A stretch of DNA of 64,000 bases, taken from contig CAKPGT010000003.1 of assembly GCA_934155185.1 (NCBI GenBank), positions 30,970-94,969 on the forward strand. Reading direction: 5' to 3'. The position numbers and the translations under genes are program-made. This document shows positions 9,882-20,004 of this stretch, piece after piece. How positions within the stretch are numbered: the first letter of the stretch is position 1; each line of letters begins with the position of its first letter. Source of the DNA: an uncultured Bacilli bacterium. Its GTDB lineage: Bacteria > Bacillota_I > Bacilli_A > RF39 > UBA660. The notes beneath the pieces were generated by a model that made no database searches, had not been told where the DNA came from, and was given only the letters and a program-made list of their open reading frames with translations.

Positions 9882-9965
9882 ATGGGAAACAATTACGCTT
9901 CTGGCGCTGGAATCATATTAGTACTATTCATCTTATTAGTAATCATAATAGGTGCTTTTGTTTAA
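9882..9965 (+). CDS. YjcZ-like small sporulation membrane peptide (27 aa), absent from the ORF track
   Basis: SD AAGGAGG lies 7 nt upstream. MGNNYASGAGIILVLFILLVIIIGAFV has the YjcZ-family pattern of a short polar head plus one hydrophobic helix. Confidence 0.6.
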   Translation: MGNNYASGAGIILVLFILLVIIIGAFV

Positions 9966-9987
9966 TATAAAAAAGGAGGTTTAAAAA

Positions 9988-10128
9988 ATGGCATGTTGTG
10001 GAAATACAACTAATACTTGCAGTAACCCTTGTCAAAACTCTTGTGGTTCAAGAAAGGGTAATGGATTTTTACTAGTAATAGTATTATATATCTTACTTGC
10101 TATAATAGTTGGATCATTTATATGCTAA
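9988..10128 (+). CDS. Cys-rich small membrane peptide (46 aa), YjcZ-like tail, absent from the ORF track
   Basis: SD AAGGAGG upstream. MACCGNTTNTCSNPCQNSCGS head followed by the hydrophobic helix FLLVIVLYILLAIIVGSFIC. Confidence 0.5.
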   Translation: MACCGNTTNTCSNPCQNSCGSRKGNGFLLVIVLYILLAIIVGSFIC

Positions 10129-10200
10129 AAGAGGCTTTTAAAAGCTTCTTTTTTCTATTTAATGGTGATATAATAAAATTGTAGTAGAAGAGGTAATAGT

Positions 10201-11394
10201 ATGAGTGAAGAAAATAAAAATAATAAAAAATCTAAAAAGAAAATAATAGGTATAGTAGCAATAATTATTGTTTTATTGTTAATAATACTTTTAATATTTC
10301 AGTTTAGGTATGATTCAGTTCAAAAAAGTAAATTAAAAGAAGAATCAAAAAAGTTAAAAGAAATTTGTAATACGAAAGATTTAAGTTTTGAATACGGAAG
10401 TAAAGTAAGCTATAAACAAATATATGAAACAGTAATTAATAAAAATAAAGTAAAAGAAAATATAGATGTTTCTTTATATTTAAATGATAAGAAAATAAGT
10501 AAAAATAAAGAATATAGTTTTCTTGATTTAGGAGTTTCTAATATCAAAATAGTTGTTAAAAAAACTGGCACTAAAAAACTACAATTTGTTATAGATAAAA
10601 GCTCTATAATAAATTTTATTAAGAATTATAAAATAAAGGTTGCACCAATAATTAACGAGTATGAAGCCAAAGTAAAAGTAAATGTAACAGATACAAATAA
10701 ACCAGAAATAAATGGGGTATCTGATAAAGAAATAATTGTTGGCGCTAATATAGATTTAAAAGAAGGTATTACTGCAACAGACAAAGTTGATGGTAATTTA
10801 GACTTTGAAATAGATGGTAATGTTGATATAAATAAAGCTGGGGAATATTTAATAAAAGTAAAAGCAAAAGATAAGAATAATAATGAAACCATTAAGGAGT
10901 TTAAAGTAACCGTTAAAGAAAAAAATAAAGTAATAACAACTAAAAACGTACATAATAAAGTGAATAATTCAAATAAGACAAATAATTCATCTACAAATAA
11001 GGAGCAAAATATAGGTAAATATTCTAAAACTACTCCGGACATGCTTAGTATTATTAATAGTGAAAGGGAAAAACAAGGATTATCTCCGTTAAGCTGGGAT
11101 AGTAGTCTTGCTAAAAGTGCAGAAATAAGAGCTAATGAACTTTTAATAAATTTTTCTCACGCAAGGCCAGATGGTAGCTCACCATTTACTGTTATTCAAG
11201 GCAGTTATGGATATGTAGGAGAAAATATAGCAGCAGGACAAAGAAATAATGTAGCAGTAATGAATAGTTGGATGGCATCTCCTGGACATAGGTCAAATAT
11301 ATTGTCTAGTAATTTTAAAAAAGTAGGAGTAGCACTTTGCTATGATCCTAACTCATCTTATAAATATTATTGGGTACAATTATTTAGTGATTAA
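10201..11394 (+). CDS. membrane-anchored protein with DUF5011-type Ig-like domain and C-terminal CAP/SCP (YkwD-like) domain
   Basis: N-terminal TM helix. Ig-like segment ATDKVDGNLDFEIDG...AGEYLIKVKAKD. C-terminal CAP motifs (RANELL..FSHARPDG, GENIAAG, MNSWMASPGHRSNIL). Confidence 0.8.
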   Translation: MSEENKNNKKSKKKIIGIVAIIIVLLLIILLIFQFRYDSVQKSKLKEESKKLKEICNTKDLSFEYGSKVSYKQIYETVINKNKVKENIDVSLYLNDKKISKNKEYSFLDLGVSNIKIVVKKTGTKKLQFVIDKSSIINFIKNYKIKVAPIINEYEAKVKVNVTDTNKPEINGVSDKEIIVGANIDLKEGITATDKVDGNLDFEIDGNVDINKAGEYLIKVKAKDKNNNETIKEFKVTVKEKNKVITTKNVHNKVNNSNKTNNSSTNKEQNIGKYSKTTPDMLSIINSEREKQGLSPLSWDSSLAKSAEIRANELLINFSHARPDGSSPFTVIQGSYGYVGENIAAGQRNNVAVMNSWMASPGHRSNILSSNFKKVGVALCYDPNSSYKYYWVQLFSD

Positions 11395-11488
11395 TTTAAA
11401 TATTAGGCGCGTTACCTAAAAAAAATTATATTTAGTTTGTTAAAATACCAAAAATAGTATAAAATATAGATGGATAAAGGTGATAGGT

Positions 11489-12868
11489 ATGTTTACTATT
11501 AGAATTGGAAATAAAAAAATTAAACTTTTAAACTGGTTAATATTTCTTCTAGCAGTTGCATTAATTATCTATGTTTTAGGCTCATTGGTATTTTTTATTC
11601 CAATATTTAAAAAGACATATAATTATAAGGTTCGAAAGGAAAACTATGAGATTACTCAAAAAAATGTATTTAAAAACGTATGGTTTAAATGTAATACCAA
11701 AGAAATATATGAAGTTAAAGCATCAGATAATCTTATAAAAGAAAAAATATATAGTGATTTAAAAAATGATGGTTTTAAGGAAAGAAAAGGTATTTTAGTA
11801 AGAAAAACAAAAAGTTTTGGTACATGTAAAAACAAAAGAAAAAACTATGAAAAGTATCACAGGCAAAATGTCTTTATATTTAAACTTAATGGAAAAGATA
11901 ACATTAAAGTTAAATATGGTGATGAATATAATGACGAATACGTAACTTTAGGAAAGAACTATAAAGTTGATATTAATTCAGATTTAAATATAAAACAAAC
12001 TGGTAATTATGTTATATCTTATACTATTAATATTGATAATTTATATAAAGAAAGATTATATAGAAAAGTAAGTGTTATAGATGATGAAAAACCAGTAATA
12101 GAATTATTAGGAGAAGAGGAATTTGTTTTAAAATATAATGTATCTTATAATGAACCTGGGTATACAGCTAAGGATAATTATGATGGTGAAATTACAAAAA
12201 AAGTTAAAGTAAAAAATAACATAAATCCAAAAAAGCCTGGAACTTATAAAATAACTTATACCGTATATGATTCTAATGGGAATAAAGATGTAAAAAAAAG
12301 AAAGGTAATAGTTAATGAAAATACGGGAAAAGTTACAAATGAAAAGTCAAATATAGAAGTAAAAGACGGCATTACTTATGTAAATGGTGTGCTTATTGTT
12401 AACAAAAAGTATAATCTTCCCAAAGATTATGATCCAAAAGTTAATAATGAGGCATTAGAAAACTTAAAAATTATGCAAGCTGATGCTAAAGCATTAAACC
12501 TTAATATACCACTTGTTTCAGGATATAGGTCTTACGCAACTCAAGAAGCTTTATATAACAAATATGTAAAAAAAGATGGCGAAGCAGTCGCTAACACATA
12601 TTCAGCTAAGCCAGGGTTTTCAGAACATCAAACTGGACTAGCATTTGATATAGGAAGCGTGTCTAGGTCGTTTGAGGGTACAACCGAAGCTAAATGGATA
12701 GAAGAAAATGCCCATTTATATGGATTTATAGTGAGATATCCTAAGGGAAAGACAGATATAACAGGCTATATATATGAGCCTTGGCATGTAAGGTATTTAG
12801 GTAAAGAAATAGCATCTAAGGTAAAACAAAGTGGTCTTACACTAGAAGAATATTTAGGATTAAAATAA
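11489..12868 (+). CDS. membrane-anchored DUF5011 Ig-like domains plus VanY/M15B D-Ala-D-Ala carboxypeptidase domain
   Basis: TM helix and Ig-like segments (AKDNYDGEITKKV..PGTYKITYTVYD). M15B motifs SGYRSYATQ, SEHQTGLAFD and EPWHVRY. Start moved to ATG 11489, after SD AAGGTGA. Confidence 0.8.
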   Translation: MFTIRIGNKKIKLLNWLIFLLAVALIIYVLGSLVFFIPIFKKTYNYKVRKENYEITQKNVFKNVWFKCNTKEIYEVKASDNLIKEKIYSDLKNDGFKERKGILVRKTKSFGTCKNKRKNYEKYHRQNVFIFKLNGKDNIKVKYGDEYNDEYVTLGKNYKVDINSDLNIKQTGNYVISYTINIDNLYKERLYRKVSVIDDEKPVIELLGEEEFVLKYNVSYNEPGYTAKDNYDGEITKKVKVKNNINPKKPGTYKITYTVYDSNGNKDVKKRKVIVNENTGKVTNEKSNIEVKDGITYVNGVLIVNKKYNLPKDYDPKVNNEALENLKIMQADAKALNLNIPLVSGYRSYATQEALYNKYVKKDGEAVANTYSAKPGFSEHQTGLAFDIGSVSRSFEGTTEAKWIEENAHLYGFIVRYPKGKTDITGYIYEPWHVRYLGKEIASKVKQSGLTLEEYLGLK

Positions 12869-12894
12869 AGAAGCTTATATTAACTTAAGCTTCT
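12869..12894. terminator. bidirectional hairpin between the convergent VanY-like and HIT genes
   Basis: AGAAGCTTA (12869-12877) pairs with TAAGCTTCT (12886-12894). The right arm overlaps the 3' end of the HIT CDS. Confidence 0.5.
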
Positions 12895-13283
12895 TTTAAA
12901 ATCTCATATATTTCTTTAGGATCTTTTATTAATTCCTTATGCTTTATAAGCTCTATAGATTTTTTATCATTATAATATGGTTTTATATGTAAATGATAAT
13001 GCTTTACTTCTTGAACACTTCCGTTATTTTGAAGTAAAGAAAAACCATCACACCCTAATTTTCCTTCTAATTTTTTTATTAATACTTTTGAAACATTATA
13101 AATGTGAAGTAGCATTTCACTTGGAATATCAAATACATCTTTATAATGCTTTTTAGGTATTATAAGTGTATGACCATCACTATCTGGTGCAATATCTAAA
13201 TATGCTAAAACTAAATCATCTTCATAAATCTTCATACATGGAATTTCTCCATCAATAATTTTACAAAAAATACATTCTTTCAT
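12885..13283 (-). CDS. HIT-family (histidine triad) nucleotide hydrolase
   Basis: CIFCKI N-terminus and the histidine triad HYHLHI. Confidence 0.9.
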   Translation of the reverse strand: MKECIFCKIIDGEIPCMKIYEDDLVLAYLDIAPDSDGHTLIIPKKHYKDVFDIPSEMLLHIYNVSKVLIKKLEGKLGCDGFSLLQNNGSVQEVKHYHLHIKPYYNDKKSIELIKHKELIKDPKEIYEILKEA

Positions 13284-13409
13284 CTTTCCACCTCTATTTA
13301 AATATTAACATAAAAACGCATTTTACACTATCTTTTAAGTTTTTTTCTTGATATATAGTTAAAAATAAAGTAAACTATACTTATGTAATTACTTATATTG
13401 TAGGTTTGA

Positions 13410-13832
13410 ATGGAAGTGACTATTTATATGAAAATGGTAATAGAAAAACTAAAGAAAAATAATAAGACTATATCAACAATGGAATCTTGCACTGGTGGAG
13501 GGGTAGCTAATGCTATTACTAATATAGAGGGTGCATCTGATGTAATTAAATTTAGTGCGGTTACTTATTCTAATGAATATAAAATTAAAATGGGAGTGTC
13601 AAAGGATATTATAGATAAATATTCTGTTTATAGTTTTAAAACAGCAAATGAGATGAGCTATAACATAGCAAAGTTTGCAAATAGTAATTATGGGGTAGGA
13701 ATTACAGGTAAGTTAAACAGAGTAGATAATAATAAATATTATGAATCAAAAGTAGATGCTACTAAAAAAAGTAGAAAAGAAAATAAAGAATTAGTTATAA
13801 ATGAGATAATTAATATGTTGCTGAAAATATAG
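13410..13832 (+). CDS. CinA C-terminal domain / PncC-like nicotinamide-nucleotide amidohydrolase domain protein
   Basis: ESCTGGGVANAIT, GASDVIKFSAVTYSNEYK and GVGITG motifs of the CinA-C family. The C-terminal third diverges. Confidence 0.65.
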   Translation: MEVTIYMKMVIEKLKKNNKTISTMESCTGGGVANAITNIEGASDVIKFSAVTYSNEYKIKMGVSKDIIDKYSVYSFKTANEMSYNIAKFANSNYGVGITGKLNRVDNNKYYESKVDATKKSRKENKELVINEIINMLLKI

Positions 13833-13903
13833 TGGTATTATACAAGAAATATAATATTTATATTTTTTTAATTGCATAAAAAAATAACTATCGTTATTGA
13901 TAG

Positions 13904-14863
13904 TTATACTAATCTTATTCTAAGTTTTTTTCCTTTATTTTTAAGCTCATTATTGATTATTTTTTCACTGTCTTTAAAGAATGATTCCATTCTATCATAT
14001 AAATTACTATCCATGAATATATTTTTTTCTTCATGTAATCTTTCTACAGAAGTGTGTAAATTGGCATTTTTTAATGGTCCATGTGCCCAGTGCATAATTT
14101 CTTCATAACTAAGTAAACTATTAATAACTTCTTCGCAACTAGCGTCTTCCTTATCAAGTCCTGGAAAACATGAAAGTATGTCTTCACGTATAAAAACAGA
14201 AAGTTCATCAAAATTATCATATAATGGGCATATTCTTTTTTGAGTATCTCTTCCATTTAATTTACCACCAGAAATTATTCCAAAGTTATATGGAAATCTG
14301 TCTATGTTTCCATATATTCTATCTGTAAAACAGGTTTTCAAAAAATGTGTACTGATATTATCTTTCTTTAACAGATTATATCCTTCTTGTATATTTGGAG
14401 CTTCTTTAAATGGATTAGTTATTTTTTCATCATTTCTAAGAAAACATATAGAAGCTAGATATTCTCTGTTATCAAGCCTTACTATGTCATAATTAGCAGT
14501 ATTCATATTAAGTGATTTTAAAAAATACATAATAACAAGTTCACCTTTAGAATATGAAGAGAATCTACTTGATTTTAAAAGAAGCTTCGTGCCATTATTT
14601 AAAATAGCCCATTTATTTAATCCACGTCCACCTTCTTTTTTATTTGAAACTATAAGTGGTATTTCATCAAGTATTATTCTTCCTTCTTCATCTCTAGTTA
14701 TATTTTCTGGAAATTTAGCCTTGCAGCTCACATTCATTTTATATGTTCTAAAAAATTCTTCTTCTTTATTAATTTTGAATACCGGGCTATTATTTTCATC
14801 ATATAAATGATTTTGTTTTAATACTTTTATTATTTTTTCTTCCACAATATGCTCCCCCCTCAT
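13904..14863 (-). CDS. HipA-like kinase-fold protein (divergent catalytic loop)
   Basis: IYGNIDRFPYNFGII followed by RICPLYDNF resembles the HipA GNxDxHxxN ... PxYD arrangement, with Phe in place of His. No HipB-like HTH gene is adjacent. Confidence 0.45.
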   Translation of the reverse strand: MRGEHIVEEKIIKVLKQNHLYDENNSPVFKINKEEEFFRTYKMNVSCKAKFPENITRDEEGRIILDEIPLIVSNKKEGGRGLNKWAILNNGTKLLLKSSRFSSYSKGELVIMYFLKSLNMNTANYDIVRLDNREYLASICFLRNDEKITNPFKEAPNIQEGYNLLKKDNISTHFLKTCFTDRIYGNIDRFPYNFGIISGGKLNGRDTQKRICPLYDNFDELSVFIREDILSCFPGLDKEDASCEEVINSLLSYEEIMHWAHGPLKNANLHTSVERLHEEKNIFMDSNLYDRMESFFKDSEKIINNELKNKGKKLRIRLV

Positions 14864-14976
14864 TTATGGCAATATACTATAACACAAAAAATGACAAAAT
14901 ACAAGTTGCCATAATATATTTTATGATGGTATAATTATAAAGAAGATATAAAGATTATAGAAACTAGGTGATTATA

Positions 14977-17900
14977 TTGAAAAAATATAAAGTAATGGAC
15001 GGAAATGAGGCTTGTAGTTATGTCTCATATTTATTTGGTGAGCTAGCGGGAATATATCCAATAACTCCGGCATCTACTATGGCAGAAAAGGTAGATGAAC
15101 TATCAAGCAAGGGATTTAATAACTTGTATGGTTCTCCGCTTAAAGTAGCCCAGATGCAAAGTGAAGCGGGTGCTATAGCATTAGTTCATGGAGCACTAGA
15201 AGCGGGCGTTTTAGCAACTACTTATACAGCATCACAGGGACTTCTTTTAATGATACCTAGTATGTATAAAATAGCAGGAGAATGCCTTCCTTGCGTTATA
15301 AATGTAGCAGCAAGAACAATTGCAACGCATGCGTTAAGTATAATGGGCGATCATAGTGATATATATGCTACAAGACAAACTGGTTTTGCTATGATGGCAT
15401 CGTCATCAGTTCAAGATGTTATGGATTTAACTGCGGTATCATATCTATCATCAATTAAAAATAAGATGCCGGTTTTAAACTTTTTTGATGGCTTTAGAAC
15501 TAGTCATGAACTTAAGAAAATAAGTATACTAGATGGTAATGATTTAAATTATCTGCTTGATAAGAAAGCACTAAATGACTTTAAGAACAATAATTTAGTT
15601 ACGAATAAAGTAATTAGAGGTACTACCCAAAATGATGATATATATTTTCAAAATGTTGAAGCAAGAAATGTAAATTATGATAAGATGCCAGACGTTGTAA
15701 ATGATTATATGCAAAAGATAAATGAAATTACAAAAAAAGATTATAAACCATTTAATTATTATGGAGATAAAAACGCAAGTAAGGTAATAGTTGCTATGGG
15801 ATCTATCTGTGAAACTATAAAAGAAGTAGTACTAAATGAAGAAGATTTAGGCCTTTTAGAAGTGCATTTATATAGACCATTTAGTAAAAAATATTTTTTT
15901 GATGTAATGCCTAAGACAGTCAGGAAAATAGCTGTTTTAGATAGAACAAAAGAACCAGGCAGTATAGGTGAGCCTTTATACTTAGATGTATGCGCGTTAT
16001 ATCAAAATAAAAGTATCTCCCCTTTGATAATAGGTGGTAGATACGGATTATCTGGTAAAAATACTGATGCCGCATGCATAAAAGGCGTATTTGATTTCTT
16101 GGATGATGAAAATAATTTTAATGGATTTACAGTTGGTATAAAAGATGATTTAACAAATAGAAGTATAACTATTCCAGATTATAAAATAAAACATAAAGGG
16201 GTTAGAGAAATATTAGTTTATGGTTATGGTTCTGATGGTATGGTTGGAGCATCTAAAGATATAATAACTATACTTGGAAATTATACAGATGCTTTTGTTC
16301 AAGGATACTTTCAGTATGATTCTAAAAAATCAGGTGGGGTAACTAAGAGCCATTTAAGATTTTCTAAAGATGAAATAAATAGTCCTTATTATATTGATAA
16401 AGCAAATATTTTAGTTTGCACAAAAGATTCATATTTAAAAGACTATAACATAATAGATAAGGTTAAAAAGGGTGGCAAGTTTATAATTGCAACGTCTTTA
16501 AATGAAGAAGAATTAATTTCATTTATACCAAATAAGGTTAAAAGGGTAATAATTGATAATGATATAAAAGTATATAGCATAGATGCTCAAAAGCAAGCTA
16601 GTATTAATAACATTCCAAATAAGATAGGTGTAATTATGGAAACTGCTATATTTAAAGTAGCAGGATTAGTTAATTTTGATTTGATAAAAGATAAAATAAA
16701 AGAGCAGGTTACGAAAAAGTTTTCTAAAAAGGGTACTGAGATAGTTGAAGCTAATTTAAATGCTATAGAAAGTGTCTCTCAAAATTTAAAAGAAATATCA
16801 ATTAACATGACAAGCTTGTCTCAGGATGAAGAATTAAATGATAAGAAGATAGATGATAAAATTCTTAAGAGTACCATAAGACTTGAAGGAGATAAACTAA
16901 CTGTTAAAGACTTTGAAAGCCATATGGATGGTTCATTTAAACCAGGAACATCTAAATTAGAAAAGAGAAATATAGCACATCAGCTTCCTTGCTGGAATAA
17001 AGAAAACTGTATTAGCTGTAATTTTTGCGCAATATCATGTCCTCATGCTGTTATAAGGCCATTTATATTAACAAAAGAAGAGGTTTATAAATATGGTTTA
17101 GATGGTAAGGTAAAAAAGGTAGAAGGTAAGGAAGATTTATTCTTTTACATGGCAATTTCTAAGGAAGACTGCACAGGGTGCGGAGTATGTGAAAATGTAT
17201 GTCCTTCTAAGGATAAGGCAATTACTATGAAACCTTATAATAAGAAAGATATTAAAGATGTTTCTAAGATTTTTGAAAACGTTAAAAATAAAAATATATA
17301 TCCAAAAAACACAGTTAAAGGTTCTCAGTTTGAAAAACCATTATTTGAGTTTTCTGGGGCTTGCGCTGGGTGCGGACAAACACCATATGTTAAACTATTA
17401 ACTCAGTTATTTAATGAAAGATTAGTTATAGCCAATGCAACAGGTTGTTCATCAATATATGGAGCTTCTCATCCAACAATGCCTTATAGCATATCTTGGG
17501 CTAATTCATTATTTGAGGATAATGCTGAGTTTGGTCTTGGAATAAAAATGGGAGATGAGCTTCAAAAAGAAAGGTTTAAAAACATACTTAAAAATAGTAA
17601 TTTAAGTGAAAAAAATAAGGAGCTTTTTGATAACTATCTAGCAAATGAAAATGACCTAGATGTTTGCAATAAGTTTATTAAAAACTTTGATTTTAGTGAA
17701 GCTATAAAAGCTGAGAGATTAAAAAAATATATATTTCCTAAATCAGTTTGGTTAGTAGGCGGAGATGGATGGGCATATGATATTGGTTTTGGTGGTTTAG
17801 ATCATGCACTATCTACAGGAGAAAATATTAATGTATTAGTTTTAGATACTGAAGTATATTCAAATACAGGAGGACAAGCTTCTAAGTCAACAAGAAAAGG

Positions 17901-18375
17901 TGCTACAGCTAAGTTTACATCATCTGGTAAAAAGGGTAATAAAAAAGATTTAGCTAGAATGTTTATGTCATATGAAAATGTTTATGTTGCAGAAATATCT
18001 TTAGGCGGTAACATGAATCAAGCTATTAAAGCATTTGAGGAAGCAGCAAATTATAATGGCCCATCAATTGTAATTGCTTATGCACCTTGTATAACACATG
18101 GCATAAAAAGTGGTATGAAAACAAGTATTAATGAAGAAAAATTAGCTGTTCAAAGTGGATACTGGCCACTATTTAGATATAATCCTTTAGAGAAAAAGTT
18201 ATATTTAGATTATAAAAATCCTGATTTTGATAAATATTATAGCTTTTTAGAAAATGAAAACAGGTATATGATGACAAAAATAGTTAATGAAAAAAGAGCA
18301 TCAGATTTATTAGAAGAAAATAAAGAAGCTGCTAAAAAAAGATTTAATTACTATAAGGAATTATCAGAAAAGTAA
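14977..18375 (+). CDS. nifJ: pyruvate:ferredoxin (flavodoxin) oxidoreductase
   Basis: ~1130-aa single-chain PFOR. MDGNEA N-terminus, two ferredoxin CxxCxxCxxxCP motifs (CISCNFCAISCP, CTGCGVCENVCP) and a TPP domain GGDGWAYDIGFGGLDH. Start is TTG 14977, after SD AGGTGA. Confidence 0.95.
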   Translation: MKKYKVMDGNEACSYVSYLFGELAGIYPITPASTMAEKVDELSSKGFNNLYGSPLKVAQMQSEAGAIALVHGALEAGVLATTYTASQGLLLMIPSMYKIAGECLPCVINVAARTIATHALSIMGDHSDIYATRQTGFAMMASSSVQDVMDLTAVSYLSSIKNKMPVLNFFDGFRTSHELKKISILDGNDLNYLLDKKALNDFKNNNLVTNKVIRGTTQNDDIYFQNVEARNVNYDKMPDVVNDYMQKINEITKKDYKPFNYYGDKNASKVIVAMGSICETIKEVVLNEEDLGLLEVHLYRPFSKKYFFDVMPKTVRKIAVLDRTKEPGSIGEPLYLDVCALYQNKSISPLIIGGRYGLSGKNTDAACIKGVFDFLDDENNFNGFTVGIKDDLTNRSITIPDYKIKHKGVREILVYGYGSDGMVGASKDIITILGNYTDAFVQGYFQYDSKKSGGVTKSHLRFSKDEINSPYYIDKANILVCTKDSYLKDYNIIDKVKKGGKFIIATSLNEEELISFIPNKVKRVIIDNDIKVYSIDAQKQASINNIPNKIGVIMETAIFKVAGLVNFDLIKDKIKEQVTKKFSKKGTEIVEANLNAIESVSQNLKEISINMTSLSQDEELNDKKIDDKILKSTIRLEGDKLTVKDFESHMDGSFKPGTSKLEKRNIAHQLPCWNKENCISCNFCAISCPHAVIRPFILTKEEVYKYGLDGKVKKVEGKEDLFFYMAISKEDCTGCGVCENVCPSKDKAITMKPYNKKDIKDVSKIFENVKNKNIYPKNTVKGSQFEKPLFEFSGACAGCGQTPYVKLLTQLFNERLVIANATGCSSIYGASHPTMPYSISWANSLFEDNAEFGLGIKMGDELQKERFKNILKNSNLSEKNKELFDNYLANENDLDVCNKFIKNFDFSEAIKAERLKKYIFPKSVWLVGGDGWAYDIGFGGLDHALSTGENINVLVLDTEVYSNTGGQASKSTRKGATAKFTSSGKKGNKKDLARMFMSYENVYVAEISLGGNMNQAIKAFEEAANYNGPSIVIAYAPCITHGIKSGMKTSINEEKLAVQSGYWPLFRYNPLEKKLYLDYKNPDFDKYYSFLENENRYMMTKIVNEKRASDLLEENKEAAKKRFNYYKELSEK

Positions 18376-18446
18376 GTTTACATCAAACTTATTTTTTCTT
18401 TTGTTTAAACCTAATAATAAGGTATAATAAATAAGGGTGAAGAAAA

Positions 18447-19706
18447 ATGTTAAATACTATTAAAATAGATGAAATATATGATGTAAATATAGAAGGTTTA
18501 GAAAATGAGGGGGCTGGAGTTTGCAGGATAAATGGAATGGTTGTATTTGTACCTAAAGCTTTGACGGGCGAAAAGGTGAGAATAAGGATTACTGAAATCA
18601 AAAAAAACTATGCTAAAGGAAAGGTAATTGAAGTACTAGAAAAAAGCAAGCACAGGGTAGATTCTGGTTGTCCTTATTATGAAGAATGTGGTGGATGTAA
18701 TTTAAGGCATCAAGATTCTAAAGAAAACCTAAAGTTTAAAAAAGAAAAAGTAGAAAATGCTATAAAACGTATTGGAAAGTTAGATATAAAGGTAAATGAT
18801 GTAGTATCTTCTTTTAGAGATGATAATTATAGAAATAAAGCTAGCTTTAAAGTTGAGAATAACAAAATAGGTTTTTATAGCGAAGGAACATATCAATTAG
18901 TTGATATTAAAGAATGTAAATTAATGAAAAAAGAGATAAATGACTCTTTATATTACATAAGAAAATATTTGGAAGAAAACAAAAATGAAATAAAAAATGT
19001 AACAGTAAAATATGGTAATGCTATGAATGAAATACTTATTGATATATACTCAGTAAACGAAAGTGATATTAATATATGTGATTTTTTAATAAATAATTTG
19101 TCTAGTTTGAAGACAATTATATTTAATGATAAGATTGTATATCAAAATGGATACATAAGTCAGATAATAAATGGATTGATGTTTAATTGTTCCGCTAAAT
19201 CTTTTTTTCAGGTAAATGATATGCAAGCTGAAAAGTTGTATAATTTAGCAATAAAATCCGCTAATTTAAAAAAGAGTGATACGGTATTAGACTTATACTG
19301 TGGAACTGGAACGATATCTTGTATTGTATCTAGTCATGTTAAAAAGGTTATTGGAGTTGAGATAGTAGAAGATGCTGTTCGTGATGCTAAGTGTAATTTG
19401 ATGATTAATAATATTAATAATGTTAAGTTTATAGTGGGTGATGCTGCTAAAAAGGTAAGTAAAATAAAAGAAAAAGTAGATGTTATCTTTGTTGATCCAC
19501 CAAGAAGCGGAATGGATAGAAAGATGATTTCTATAATAAAGAACATTAAAGCAGAAAAAATAGTTTATATATCATGTAATCCTGTTACTATGGCAAGAGA
19601 CTTAAATTATCTAAGTGACACTTATATTACAAGCGAAGTAACACCAGTTGATATGTTCCCTAATACGGCGCATGTTGAATGTGTGTGCTTACTAAATTTA
19701 CGTTAA
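18447..19706 (+). CDS. rlmD: 23S rRNA (uracil-5-)-methyltransferase, RumA/RlmD family
   Basis: TRAM domain (GAGVCRINGMVVFVPKALTGEKV) and Fe-S Cys cluster (CPYYEECGGCNLRH). SAM motif DLYCGTGT, motif IV VDPPRSG and nucleophile region YISCNP. Confidence 0.9.
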   Translation: MLNTIKIDEIYDVNIEGLENEGAGVCRINGMVVFVPKALTGEKVRIRITEIKKNYAKGKVIEVLEKSKHRVDSGCPYYEECGGCNLRHQDSKENLKFKKEKVENAIKRIGKLDIKVNDVVSSFRDDNYRNKASFKVENNKIGFYSEGTYQLVDIKECKLMKKEINDSLYYIRKYLEENKNEIKNVTVKYGNAMNEILIDIYSVNESDINICDFLINNLSSLKTIIFNDKIVYQNGYISQIINGLMFNCSAKSFFQVNDMQAEKLYNLAIKSANLKKSDTVLDLYCGTGTISCIVSSHVKKVIGVEIVEDAVRDAKCNLMINNINNVKFIVGDAAKKVSKIKEKVDVIFVDPPRSGMDRKMISIIKNIKAEKIVYISCNPVTMARDLNYLSDTYITSEVTPVDMFPNTAHVECVCLLNLR

Positions 19707-19801
19707 ATCCTTGTAAATAAAGGAAAATTAACTATTAGGTAGAGGCAAAAAATGGCAAAGAAACAAGCAAATTATTGATGTTTTTACAGATTTATGAAAA
19801 A

Positions 19802-19930
19802 ATGATTTTCGAAGTAAGAGGTAAACAAGTTATTTTATCTTCTGATGTTGCAAAGTTATATAAAGCAGAAACGAGAGTTATAAACCAAGCAAGTAAAAGA
19901 AATATTATGAAAAATATAGAAATAAGATAG
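19802..19930 (+). pseudogene. truncated ORF6N-domain gene fragment
   Basis: MIFEVRGKQVILSSDVAKLYKAETRVINQASKRNI matches the ORF6N core (IRGQxVMLDxDLAxLYxVETKxLNxxVKRN). It ends after 42 codons. Confidence 0.5.
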
Positions 19931-20004
19931 TAGTAAAAGTGAAAGTTATGTAAATTATGTTTTAATTTATTACTAGAGGCAAGATAAAAATTGGGAGGTA
20001 ATAG

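Noticed and set aside
13872-14810. Small plus-strand ORFs (13872..14108, 14304..14492, 14589..14810) and the minus-strand ORF 14071..14256 overlapping the HipA-like gene.
   Set aside because: They are shadow ORFs of the 319-aa minus-strand gene. They have no SD and hydrophobic low-complexity translations.
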